Notes: generated from the letters alone by a model not told the origin. Numbered from the stretch's first letter, positions 23,885 to 35,789 are shown. The stretch is DNA of 44,907 nt from Octopus bimaculoides (GCF_001194135.2 NC_068985.1:52402507-52447413), one strand, 5' to 3'. Made by a program: numbers and translations.

Positions 23885-24515
23885 TATGTGTTTTGTTTAT
23901 GCAGTACATCAGCAAATAGACTTCTCTCTATTTGCATACAGATCAGCGAATCAAGTCACAGATCAGCGAATCAAGTCACAGATCAGCGAATCAAGTCGTT
24001 TCGAGATGATCCGAGTACATGACATTGATACGATTAATAATGCCGAAACATTGAGTATTTGGTATTGATTAGCTTAAAAATGGCGAAATATCTGTATCTA
24101 TCATTCTTGGTGATTCCAAGGCGAGTTCTCTCACCTGGTTTGTAACATTCCGGTGTTCTTTAACACTCAGTGTCGTGTAAGGGGTCTTTCTCTGAACGCT
24201 AAACCTGTAGTATATTTGGCTTATGCAAAAAATACATACACTATTTATGTACGACCCATAATGTTTATATTACAAGAGTTACTATTAATTCGTCATTTAA
24301 TTTTGTTTCATATGTCCTATGCCGTAGCACAACAGCAGATAGACTTCACACTATTTGCACGTCACAGACCAGCGATTCATTTCGTCTTGAGATCATCCGA
24401 TTACATGATATTCATACGCTTAATAACGACGAAATATCAGTATTTATCATACTAGGTGATCCTGAGGCGAGTTATCTCATCTGGTCTGTGACACTGAGGG
24501 GGATCTTTAACTCCT
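23885..24515. repeat. Diverged tandem duplication (units ~23885-24170 and ~24310-24515); unit 1 contains 3 x 20-bp GATCAGCGAATCAAGTCACA
   Basis: Shared blocks CAGCA.ATAGACTTC.C.CTATTTGCA, GAGAT.ATCCGA.TACATGA.ATT.ATACG.TTAATAA, GGTGAT.C..AGGCGAGTT.TCTCA.CTGGT.TGT.ACA. Confidence 0.85.
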
Positions 24516-24631
24516 GGAGAGGTGTGAGGGAGTTTTCCTCGGACGCTTTCCCGCACCAAGTCTGGCGTGTAAATACATATGCTATGTATGTGCGACCGAT
24601 ATATATATAGATAGATAGATATAGATATAGA

Positions 24632-24899
<268 letters not shown>

Positions 24900-24911
24900 A
24901 TGTATATTAAT

Positions 24912-25492
24912 ATTCATATTATAAGGGCACACGAATGTGCCTGCTTGCAAGGCATAAGGGTTAAAACCCTCATTAAACCAACAACGGTATTGGTGTAAAC
25001 GGATCGAAAAAATTCTTTCACATACCTATATAGCAGAATGCTATATGTTTATTGGCATTAGTATATATGTAGATTGGTTTCTGGTTTGACATAAATTTTA
25101 CCTTCATCAGCACATGTCAACCATTTGAAAAATATTCCCAACCTGTTACGTTGAAATCTGCTGGCCCTCTGAATTCTCTTGCGCTAAATCAGAGGAGTCT
25201 CAGTGTGAAAAGTTTCATTATTATTGATATTATTATCGAGAGCAATATAAATAATTGATAATAACAGCAATAATAATATAAGTGGTTGCAGGACAAAACT
25301 AGCATTATGTAGCCATACAATTAAAATTCATATTATAGGGACATACGAATGTGCCTGCCTGCTAGACATAAGAGTTAAAACCCTCATTAAACCACTTATG
25401 ATAACACCGAAACCGGTCCACATGTATACTAATTCCAAGAATTATATATCATTCTGCTATATAGGTAGGTGAAAGACTTTTTCGATCCGTTT
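24912..25492 (-). mobile_element. Non-coding HHR-bearing element with direct repeats (24912-24980, 25326-25394) and inverted repeats (24997-25094, 25396-25492); PLE/retrozyme-like
   Basis: Direct unit ATTCATATTATA.GG..CA.ACGAATGTGCCTGC..GGTTAAAACCCTCATTAAACCA occurs twice, 414 bp apart; inverted unit AAACGGATCGAAAAA.TCTTTCAC.TACCTATATAGCAGAATG; HHR on the minus strand. Confidence 0.75.
25065..25117 (-). ncRNA. Type I hammerhead ribozyme, 3' half mutated
   Basis: Minus strand ACATGTG CTGATGA A GGT-loop-ACC A GAAAC CA ATC TACATAT. The inverted copy at 25406-25425 preserves the better 3' half ACC GAAAC CG GTC CACATGT. Confidence 0.7.
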
Positions 25493-25520
25493 GCCCGTAT
25501 ATATATGTACATATATATAT

Positions 25521-25551
<31 letters not shown>

Positions 25552-26574
25552 NNNNNNNNNNNNNNNNNNNNNNNNNNNNNNNNNNNNNNNNNNNNNNNNN
25601 NNNNNNNNNNNNNNNNNNNNNNNNNNNNNNNNNNNNNNNNNNNNNNNNNNNNNNNNNNNNNNNNNNNNNNNNNNNNNNNNNNNNNNNNNNNNNNNNNNNN
25701 NNNNNNNNNNNNNNNNNNNNNNNNNNNNNNNNNNNNNNNNNNNNNNNNNNNNNNNNNNNNNNNNNNNNNNNNNNNNNNNNNNNNNNNNNNNNNNNNNNNN
25801 NNNNNNNNNNNNNNNNNNNNNNNNNNNNNNNNNNNNNNNNNNNNNNNNNNNNNNNNNNNNNNNNNNNNNNNNNNNNNNNNNNNNNNNNNNNNNNNNNNNN
25901 NNNNNNNNNNNNNNNNNNNNNNNNNNNNNNNNNNNNNNNNNNNNNNNNNNNNNNNNNNNNNNNNNNNNNNNNNNNNNNNNNNNNNNNNNNNNNNNNNNNN
26001 NNNNNNNNNNNNNNNNNNNNNNNNNNNNNNNNNNNNNNNNNNNNNNNNNNNNNNNNNNNNNNNNNNNNNNNNNNNNNNNNNNNNNNNNNNNNNNNNNNNN
26101 NNNNNNNNNNNNNNNNNNNNNNNNNNNNNNNNNNNNNNNNNNNNNNNNNNNNNNNNNNNNNNNNNNNNNNNNNNNNNNNNNNNNNNNNNNNNNNNNNNNN
26201 NNNNNNNNNNNNNNNNNNNNNNNTGTATATATATGTATGTATGTATGTATGTATTATGTGTTTGTATGTGTGTGTGTATAATACATAAAAATGGCAATTT
26301 CTGTCTATCTGCCTGTATATATTATTCTTTTATAAGAATAGTATCAACAGCTTTGAACGTTGAACAATAAACTCCGATTTAATCAATGAATTTTTCTATA
26401 TCTTTCTATCAGAACTTATCCTACAACTTTATTATCATTCAACGGAGCTGCGCCTAAGAAAGAGTAAACTTACCAGAGATTATACAAAGCTCAGATGGAC
26501 TCAAATATACCACAGACCAATGAAGGATAACCAAGTCGAAACTTCGAAGTCACTGTCGACACTATTCTCGCAAA

Positions 26575-26611
<37 letters not shown>

Positions 26612-26698
26612 TACATATATATGCATGTATACATTTTTCATACATATATATGTATATATTTACATACATTATGTATGTATTTATGTATGTATGCATGT

Positions 26699-26741
<43 letters not shown>

Positions 26742-26748
26742 TATATAC

Positions 26749-27608
26749 ATTGAAACCCAGTCCCAGTACCTTGCCCGCCTGTTCATGCGTCGAGGATACC
26801 CCTCAACACTTGTCCAAACCGCCCTTGCCCGCGCTCGTCGAATCGATTGCACCACCACCTACTCTCCTTCTCCACAGCAGGCCCCCTAACCTCACCCCTT
26901 TCCCCTCCTTTTCCACCCTTCCACCCTTCCACCCTACTCATTCGTCGGAGGATTCTACGGGCTTTCCGTCGACTCCAGCTCGATCCCACCACCCTCCCCA
27001 TTTCCCCCAACCCACCCTTGTCCTCCTTTAAACGCGCCCGTAACCTACGCGATCTTCTGGTTCGTAGCNNNNNNNNNNNNNNNNNNNNNNNNNNNNNNNN
27101 NNNNNNNNNNNNNNNNNNNNNNNNNNNNNNNNNNNNNNNNNNNNNNNNNNNNNNNNNNNNNNNNNNNNNNNNNNNNNNNNNNNNNNNNNNNNNNNNNNNN
27201 NNNNNNNNNNNNNNNNNNNNNNNNNNNNGTCACACCTGCCCTTTCATCATCTACACTTCCTCTCTCACTGGTTCCAACCAGCACACCCTTCGCGTCACAA
27301 ATTCCTTCTCTTGCACCTCTTCTAGCCTTATATACTGTATTAGATGCAACCTCTGTGGTAAACTATATGCAGGTCAGACGGGCCACCGGCTGGTCGACCG
27401 GTTCACCGAATATCTAAGGCATGTTCGGCTACGTTCGAGCACCCCTGTCGCCCGTCACTTCCGCTTGGCCACCCACTCTCCCTCTAACGGCTCCGTCTTT
27501 GGCCTCCCTCTGCTCCACGGATCCACACACTCGCGACTCCGCCTGGAACAGCGTTATATTTTTAATCTACGAACAACTATCCCCTTCAGACAAAACACCT
27601 CCTATTGA
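26749..27608 (+). pseudogene. Penelope-like element (Neptune-type) RT C-terminus plus GIY-YIG endonuclease, frameshifted, gap 27069-27228
   Basis: QYLARLFMRRGYPSTLVQTALARAR..FHPSTLLIRRRILRAFRRLQLDP..PPLSSFKRARNLRDLLVRS..SFSCTSSSLIYCIRCNLCGKLYAGQTGHRLVDRFTEY..PVARHF..RLRLEQRYIFNLRT matches the PLE linker and GIY-YIG (IY..CxxC..Y.GqT..RF.EH..E..I..L.T) pattern. Confidence 0.9.
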
Positions 27609-27918
27609 CTGCCTCTACAACTTCCTGCAACAAAGCAACCTTATTTCATTTTTCATTTTTTTTTTGTTTTAATTGCGCCATTTTATATTGTATTAACTTC
27701 TTATTTTTTGGTATATATATTATATTTTTTATTTCTATATTTCTTATTTTTTTGTAATTTATTATATTTTTATTTCTATATACACGCACACATACACGCA
27801 CACATACATATACACACACACGAAAAAATACACCCACCTGCGACACTAGCGCCTGATTATTCTCTGTTTTTGTATATATTGATGGAAGCAATGTTTTTCC
27901 AGCAAAACAGTGGATATC

Positions 27919-27963
27919 TGCTGCTGATGAAGCGCAAACGCGAATAAATCACGTGATCTAGCA
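27919..27963 (+). ncRNA. Type I hammerhead ribozyme with a 3-nt insertion, downstream of the PLE ORF
   Basis: TGCTG CTGATGA A GCG CAAA CGC GAA [TAA] ATCA CG TGAT C TAGCA: helix I TGCTG/TAGCA, helix II GCG/CGC, palindromic helix III, AUC triplet. Confidence 0.65.
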
Positions 27964-28335
27964 AATTTCACCACTGGTGCTGGATAATTTTGGTCTACTA
28001 CTAATATTTCTATGCCTTTAAGAACTAAACGTCTGTATTGGGTGCTCCATGAAGCGGAATACCGCAGTATTATGGCGCTCTTATTATATATCCACGATAA
28101 GTAGGATAATAAATCAATAATACGCAAATTCCAGATTAATCAATTTGCTTCGGAAAATATGTTTTCACTTTGGTTAGGTGTGGGGTGGTAATTCGAAATC
28201 TAGGATACTATTTATTGCTCAGTGTTAATGTATGTACAAGAGATGAGTTCCAGAGGGATTGAACTTTAACCCTTTAGCATTGGAATTATTTTGTCAAATA
28301 TAATGCTTATCTACTCACATTATTTTGATTTAATC

Positions 28336-28493
28336 AGGTGTGGGTGTGTGGTAAAAAGCTTGTTTCCGAACCACATAACTCCGGGTTCATTCCCATTGCG
28401 TGGTACTTTGGGTAAATATCTACCAATATAACCTCAAGCCGACCAAATCCTTGTGAGTGGGCTTGGTAGACAGAAACTTTAAGAAGCACGTCG

Positions 28494-28537
<44 letters not shown>

Positions 28538-28913
28538 CATACATACATACATATATAAAGTTTACTTTAGAACCGTTGAGATGTATTGAAAGATACAGAT
28601 AAGGAAATAATTTTATTCTCAAACGCAGGATAATGCTAATAATGTAGCATTAACAGGATAAATTATCTATATATACAAACATATATGTGTGTGTGTTTGT
28701 CTCTGACCCCCACCACTGCTTAACCACCGGTGTTGGTGCGTTTACGTTTCCGTAAATTAGTACTTCGGCAAAAGGTACTGCTGGAAGAAGTACCCGGCTT
28801 TACGAAATAAAGTACTGGGGTCGATTCATTCCACCAAAAATTCTTCAAGGAGGTACTCCTGTATGACCACAGTCGAATGACTGGCTGAAGTAAAAGATAA
28901 AAGATAAAAGATA
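28336..28913 (+). mobile_element. Full-length SINE family A: 5' half, central microsatellite with ~125-bp unique insert, 3' half and (AAAGATA)n tail
   Basis: 5' half matches 24632; the 3' half (GTTTGTCTCTG.CCCCCACCACTGCTT.ACCACCGGTGTTGG..TTCGGCAAA..GGGTCGATTCATT..) is the reverse complement of the 30284-30480 segment. Confidence 0.82.
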
Positions 28914-29635
28914 TCTCATAGCGTTTAGATTTTGATGATTATTTACTTTTAGAATGACATTGTAGGGTAAGTGAGATGCTAGATTTGGCTGGTTTGGGAA
29001 TGACGTTAAAGTATGAGTGGAAGACTTGTTGACCGTAATAGGGTGTGTAATGTGAGGAAGAGGAAAACTGAATGTTCTTGAAATGAGTCAAGCTAGAATC
29101 AATTAATTAGAGATGAGCCAAGTTAGAATCAGTAAATTTCAGGATAACGAAATTGCACTAGAAATTGTTGACAAAATAATTAAAAAGGGAAAATAAAACA
29201 GATTAATGAGATTCTTTAAGAGCGAAATGAATGGGTTTTACACCCTTTCTGACATCTGATTTATCAAATTCTTGAAGTCATTATATTATTACATTCATTA
29301 GTGTAACAGTGGGATTCATGCTTTATATAAGCTGTGACTATTATTACCCAGCACACATACACACACACACACATATACATACATGCACATATATATATAT
29401 GTATATATATACGTATAAACACACACGGACCCCACCCCCGTATATATNNNNNNNNNNNNNNNNNNNNNNNNNNNNNNNNNNNNNNNNNNNNNNNNNNNNN
29501 NNNNNNNNNNNNNNNNNNNNNNNNNNNNNNNNNNNNNNNNNNNNNNNNNNNNNNNNNNNNNNNNNNNNNNNNNNNNNNNNNNNNNNNNNNNNNNNNNNNN
29601 NNNNNNNNNNNNNNNNNNNNNNNNNNNNNNNNNNN

Positions 29636-29991
29636 CAGACGGTGTATCCCGTTGAATTCATTAATTTAATTCATAGCAAAAGTAACAAAAAAAGAAAGAA
29701 AAATAAAGAAATAACCAAAGCACAGGTGTCTATGGCTCCGATAATCACTCCGGAAAGGAATATTCGGATAGAATGGGGCTTGCTAAATCTAGGCCGAAAC
29801 AGCTGTAAGATTAAACTTCTATTCATCCTCTAATTCCTTATGTACTTTGTACTTCTATATGTAAACCAGGTTGGCAAAATAACATAGTGTGCCATAGACA
29901 CCTGTGCTTTGGTTCTTTCTTTATTTTTCTTTCTTCTTTTGTCACTTTTGCTATGAATTAGATTAATGAATTCAACGGGATACACCGTCTG
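29636..29991. mobile_element. Inverted repeat (101-bp arms 29636-29736 and 29891-29991) with a half-hammerhead in the spacer
   Basis: CAGACGGTGTATCCCGTTGAATTCATTAAT..CAAAGCACAGGTGTCTATGGC and its reverse complement, high identity; the left arm starts at a gap edge. Confidence 0.85.
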
Positions 29992-30283
29992 CAAGTAGTT
30001 GGGTTCAGCATATTATCCTCCATTTTCTAATTGTTATACAAATTTTGGGTAAAACCTCCACTTTTACCCGCTCCCATTGATTGCACTTAGTATAGCACTA
30101 GTGTAGCAATAATTGGGTACCCTCCCAGCAGTATAGTGGATAGATACTATCCCTTAGTGGGTTGAACCCCCAAACCCTAACTCTCTCACGTTATATATAT
30201 ATATATATATATATGCATGTATGTATGTATGTATGTATGTATGTATGTATGCATGTATGCATGTTACATACTTCTCCGTGCTG

Positions 30284-30681
30284 TATCTTTTACTTGTTTC
30301 AATCATTAGACTACGGCCATGCTGGGGCACCGCCTTCGAGAATTTCTTAATCGAATGAATCAACCCCAAAATTATTATTTTAAAGCCTAGTACCTATTCT
30401 ATAAATGTCTTTGCCGAACCGCAAAGTTACGGTGAGGTAAACACACCAGCACCGGTCGTTAAGCGATGGTGGGAGACAAACGTACACACACACACACACA
30501 CATATACACAAACACATATTTGACGGGCTTCTTTCAGTTTCCGTCTACCAAATATACTTACAAGGCTTTGGCCGGCTTGAGGATATAGTAGAAGCCACTG
30601 ACCCAAGGTGACACGCGGAGGGACTGAACCAGGAACCATGTGACTGGGAAGCAAGCTTCTTACCACACAGTCAGACTTGCG
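30284..30681 (-). mobile_element. Full-length SINE family A
   Basis: Both halves are colinear with the 28336-28913 copy in reverse complement; short central (TG)n tract. Confidence 0.9.
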
Positions 30682-32244
30682 ATTTTGTGTTTTTTAATGA
30701 AGACTTAAAGACGTAAAACATTCTTTTATCCAATCAGCTTTCAACAATCTAAGCTCATGGTCTTTTATTGGATCGCAGTAATGCCTTTTGATTCAGTCAT
30801 AAGTCACTCGTCACCGACGTAGTTCTTTATTGAACAAACATATAAAGTAAGTTTATCAAACTCATAGATGCGCCTGCGTACAAGCGTGTGTGCGCGTGCT
30901 TGCGTGTGTGCAAGTGTATGTATACGCGTGCGCGTGCGCGTGTTTGTATTAGAAGACAATTTGATATCCATCATTTCTCCCAGTAGTTTCGTTTCTTAAA
31001 CATACAGTGTTGTGTCACCGAGTTGTTTCTACTTACAGCTGACAGCAACTTCGACGCAGGCCTGTCTTGAGTGGCGGTATTGATACCATTGATGTTCATC
31101 TTCTATCTTTATAATCAACACCTTCGAGGAAAACATGAACTGAGAAATATTTCCAGAGGGGTATAGTCATGGGAGGGAAGGACTACGTGTAGATATTAGT
31201 GTTGGGAGTGAAACGGTTTGGACGCAATAATGGAGATGAGAAGTGGAGATACATGTAGGATGGTTATGCCTAAATAGAGGTATTTGCAGTCATACACTCA
31301 GGTCTGACCAACAAGCTTTCCACACTGCAGTCGAGGCTCTCCGTTTCAGCAGACAAAGTAACGCTTCTGCTTGCGGCAAGTTTGACAAATGCCCCACTAG
31401 GAGAGCAAGCACGTCGGACAAATGGTGGTGGTACGAGTATAACCATTATAGTTCCAGTAGAAAATGCAGAGAGGAGACAGCGCACCTATAGACCAGAAAC
31501 TGGAGAAAGTTTGTGAGTGACTTTATGTGAATCAATCAGTTGACTCTTTGTTTGGGTGTGCCCTATGATATTTGTGTTTGCAGCATCAGCCACGTCTCAG
31601 ATGTGAGAGCAATGCTCAATTATAGACCTCAGATGAGCTTTGTAGAGTGTCAAGCATTGTAAGGGGATAAAGTACGTACTGGCTCTGAAATGAATGTACG
31701 TACGTACGTACATACATACATACATACATACATACATACATACATACATTTGTTTGGGACAGGAAAGAAACGCATGTGTCGTCATAGAGGTCATCTGATC
31801 AGATGATGAGAATATTTTCGAAAATCAGAGAAAGCGGATAACTACAGATATCTGCTTCGGAACTTTCAGCTTCTATACCAAGATGATAAATTAACATCTA
31901 TTCCCATAATAATTTGTGCACTTGGTTATGTTAGTACATGCCTAAGTGACAATCTGGAAGAGTTCGGGTTTTTGTAAAAGAAACCAACCTGCTAACTTGC
32001 ACATTTGCAAGAGACAGTAAAAATATGCAATACTCTTCTCAAGTTCAAAATGTGAATTTGTTTTTGTCATCTAGATTTCAACGATGGTACTCGATATCTT
32101 TGTTAGAAAATATAGAAGAAACACACACACACACACACGCAAGCACACACACACACACGCAAGCACACACACACACACACACGCAAGCACACACACACAC
32201 ACACACACGTACAAATATGCATGCTTACACACACACAGGTGCTA

Positions 32245-32851
32245 CTACTTAGCTACTATCATAGCCTCGATAAATATTAATAAACTGGACACCTATGAAA
32301 CCAGGAAAATCAGCAATGAAACCAGAAAAATAGAACAGCCAGCCTGCAAATAGAAATCCTACCCCATAAAGATGCGCCTTCAAGCAACACGGACAACGAT
32401 CCGACTAAGAATAGCCGCCCCCCTCCTCACCACAACACTAGCACAGATAGACAGAATGCTTTATGTGGCTGCAGAGACAGAAATAAGTGCCAATTCTCTA
32501 ATAGGTGTAAAATAGAAAATGTAGTATAACAATGCGACGTACTCACAAATAACCATACGAAATCGTATATAGGTGCCACGAAAACCAAATGATACTGAGA
32601 TACAACTCACACCAATCTGGCCTTAGAAATAGAAGTAAAGCAAACTCTAGAGGGCTTAGTAGCTACATCTGGAAATTAAAGAATTAAACAATTAATTATA
32701 GTTTAAAATGGCGCATCCTAGCAATCACCTCGGCTTATAACACTACTAATAAGCGGTGCGATCTCTTTTTAATAGAGCACCTAAATATATTAATGACTAA
32801 ATTGATTCTACTGAATAAAAAACATGAAAATAATTCTTTTGTCTGCTTATA
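32245..32851 (+). pseudogene. Penelope-like element GIY-YIG relic, second type (CxC-x5-C-x5-C linker; Naiad-like, clade not proven)
   Basis: ATIIASININKL..LCGCRDRNKCQFSNRCKIENVV*QCDV..SYIGATKTK/LRYNSHQSGLRNRSKANSRGLSSYIWKLKN*TINYSLKWRIL..AYNTTNKRCDLFLIEHLNIL..LLNKKHE; stops and one frameshift. Confidence 0.85.
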
Positions 32852-33561
32852 GACCAATATATCTTTTCTGAGTTTCGTTAAAACCGCCCTATCCTGTACA
32901 TATCACTATCTTAGGCTCACCCCTACTAGCAGACTTACTTACCAGCGCATTACCTCCCATTAACCACTTACACTAACACAAACTTACATTATAGATAAAT
33001 ACACAAAATACCTAACACATATTCTATGTTACCCTACTCCAAACTCACATAATAAACCAATGATTATATACCTACTCTACATCATACGCTAGCCTATGTA
33101 TGCATAAAAAATTCTTTTTTAACCGAGAACCACCTAAGATACTTACACGCAAACTTTCCCTTCCCACCCTCTTTCCCTATGCACTCTTCATAACAAAATA
33201 GTATTACGGCAATGAGTCTCTCTACACGCTAGATCGGACCGACGCTTGTTCCATATTTTACACCAATATATGGCTTCCTGAAATAATACGAACCACCTAC
33301 AACCTATATTTCAATGACACGTAGGTCATTATAATAGCTCCCTTACATTGCACCGCCGGTGAACCCCCAGAAGTTACAGGCACTTGCAAGACATGTCACT
33401 GAATAACCATGAGACCACAGGTCCACTAACCTATATTGTTCGTCCACCTCACAACTGACTGTGAATCAAACTATAATGTAGGACACTCGAATCTTTGATG
33501 TTCTCTTTTCCGATGTAACCATTGATCTTTCACTCTTCTTCACTCTGCCTCTGACTTCTTC

Positions 33562-33598
33562 GTTCTGACGATGTCTGCCATTGACTACGATCGTAAAC
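33562..33598 (+). ncRNA. Inactivated hammerhead relic downstream of the second PLE
   Basis: GTT CTGACGA T GTC-loop-GAC [T in place of GAA] AC GATC GTA AAC. Confidence 0.5.
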
Positions 33599-34096
33599 AA
33601 CTTCCCTCTCACTCTCACCTTTATTTACTAATCAAACAATGGCTTACTAGCGCAAAAGACACACTTCTGTTTACTAATTTTCCTCCACTTTCTTCTCGTC
33701 TATATAAATTAAACTACGGTTACCCGCTAAATTACCTGCTGTCGAATACCTTTTACCTAGGAATATACCTACTGACGTAATTACCAAATGTGCCTTTGGA
33801 TATACCTATCTCTTAGAGGTTTTAAACACCTCTAACTTATACTTGTATATATGTAAACATAATTAATTGTTAATTACAATTAATTATATATACATAAATT
33901 GTTCCTCGATTTTGGTTAGCCTGTTGAATTTTCAGTGAAATGGTGGCTTATCTGAGTATTTTTCGACTCTTACTTCTAGCAACGCTGGTACTTCGTGTAC
34001 CCTCAATTATAATTAATAAATACTTCTAAATTTATGAATTTGCCTTTTTGGCTTTAATGCTTGCTCGCCACTTATGATATTGTTGCTATTATTTAT

Positions 34097-34313
34097 TAAT
34101 AGTGATTTGAAATTTTTGCCAGAAGGGTAGCTTGGGGGATAGTATTACGTCAGTTACATCGACGCCAGTGTTTCACTGGTACTTAATTTATCGACCCCGA
34201 AAGGATGAAAGGCAAAATCAACCTCGACGAAACTTAAACTCAGAACGTAGTTACGGGCAAAATAGCGCTAAGCATTCCGTCCAGCGTATTAACGACTCTG
34301 CCAGCTCACCGCC
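34097..34313 (-). mobile_element. Full-length SINE family B
   Basis: Minus strand AAGGCGGTGAGCTGGCAGAGTCGTTAATACGCTGGACGGAATGCTTAGCGC..CGTTCTGAGTTTAAG..TTTCGGGGTCGATAAATTAAGTACCAG..; (AAT)n upstream. Confidence 0.9.
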
Positions 34314-34327
34314 TTATTATTATTATT

Positions 34328-34403
<76 letters not shown>

Positions 34404-34404
34404 T

Positions 34405-34465
<61 letters not shown>

Positions 34466-34778
34466 CGTGTGTGTGTATACATGTATGTATGTACGTATAT
34501 GCACATGTCTATCTATCTATCTATCTATCTATCTATATGCACATATATACATAAAAATGTGTTGAAGTTCAAGGACCTGTAATCAATTGCGCTATTATTT
34601 TTTGATGTTTAGACACCAATTCATTACCTGGTTATACATATATTCACTGCACTGATTGTACTGATTCAACTAATAACTATATAGTGCGACGCAGTTTTAT
34701 CAAACAGGAGATATATGTTTTTCATCACGTAGTTTACTAACATCGCATAAGAACATTGTTTTACTGTTGACGTAATGG

Positions 34779-34823
<45 letters not shown>

Positions 34824-35148
34824 AGCTACTACAGCTACTGCTACTACTGCTGCTGCTGCTGCTAGTGTTGGATACCGCTGCATCACTTACAATAAAAAGT
34901 ATAGCACTGATGAAACCGGATGTCGAGATTACGTCATAAGGTAATCAACGAATCAAATTCTTGTGTTCTACAGTGATCAAAAATGGATATTAGCGTTGAA
35001 ACTGTTTACAAAAGTGAAGCTAATAATACTCTCTTGGCTGTTGTTTAAAAAAAATAATATTTAATGAATGATAATTATAGTGATACTAACGAGAACAACA
35101 GCAGTAATAATAATGATTTCTTGCTATATAATAATAATAATAATAATA

Positions 35149-35198
<50 letters not shown>

Positions 35199-35214
35199 CA
35201 TTATTATTATTATT

Positions 35215-35789
35215 TTGGTTTGGCTCAGGTTCGGTCTTATTCTTGATAGGATTTATGTGGGTAGCGGATTATTACCTGTAACCTTACGTATCCACAAGTT
35301 TTCAGCTATCTTTCAAGTACTTAGAACCCTCCTGATAATCCTTGCTGTCCCTACGAGATAACGTTTCCGCAGGAGCTCTACCGGGCATTCTCTTCCAATC
35401 TCCTTCAGCCATTTGTCTATATCTGTGCTTACTGCTCCCAATGCACCAATTATTATAGGCACAACCTTTACTGTTCTCATGCTTCAAATTCTTCCTATTT
35501 CAAATTTTAAGGAATTGTATTTTTCCGTCCTCTTTCTTTACGACCCTGGAATCAAACTGGCATGATGGGTCGATCAGTAAGCAACTTCGCTTTTCATTAC
35601 CTATAATTGTTATGTCCGGTCTATTATTTTCTAACTTCTTGTCCGTTTGAATAGGAAAGCCCCACAAAATCTTACATTTCTCCGACTCCAGTACTCTTTC
35701 GACTCGGTGATTGTACCATGTTTTCAGTTTCAAAAACCCATTTCTGTTACAGGTTACATTGTAAACCTTTTACAAACTGGTCGTGATCT
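35215..35789 (-). mobile_element. Dong/R4-type 3' fragment (RLE domain), distinct subfamily
   Basis: KTWYNHRVERVLESEKCKILWGFPIQTDKKLENNRPDITII..LIDPSCQFD..VVPIIIGALGAV..GTARIIRRVL; 3' end abuts (TAA)n. Confidence 0.92.

Noticed and set aside
23930-23997. 3 x 20-bp repeat as a CRISPR array
   Set aside because: Contiguous tandem units with no spacers, in a eukaryotic context.
34900-34945. CTGATGA AACCGGATGTC GAGATTACGTC as a hammerhead
   Set aside because: GAGA replaces GAAA, the helix II closing pair is mismatched and there is no helix I.
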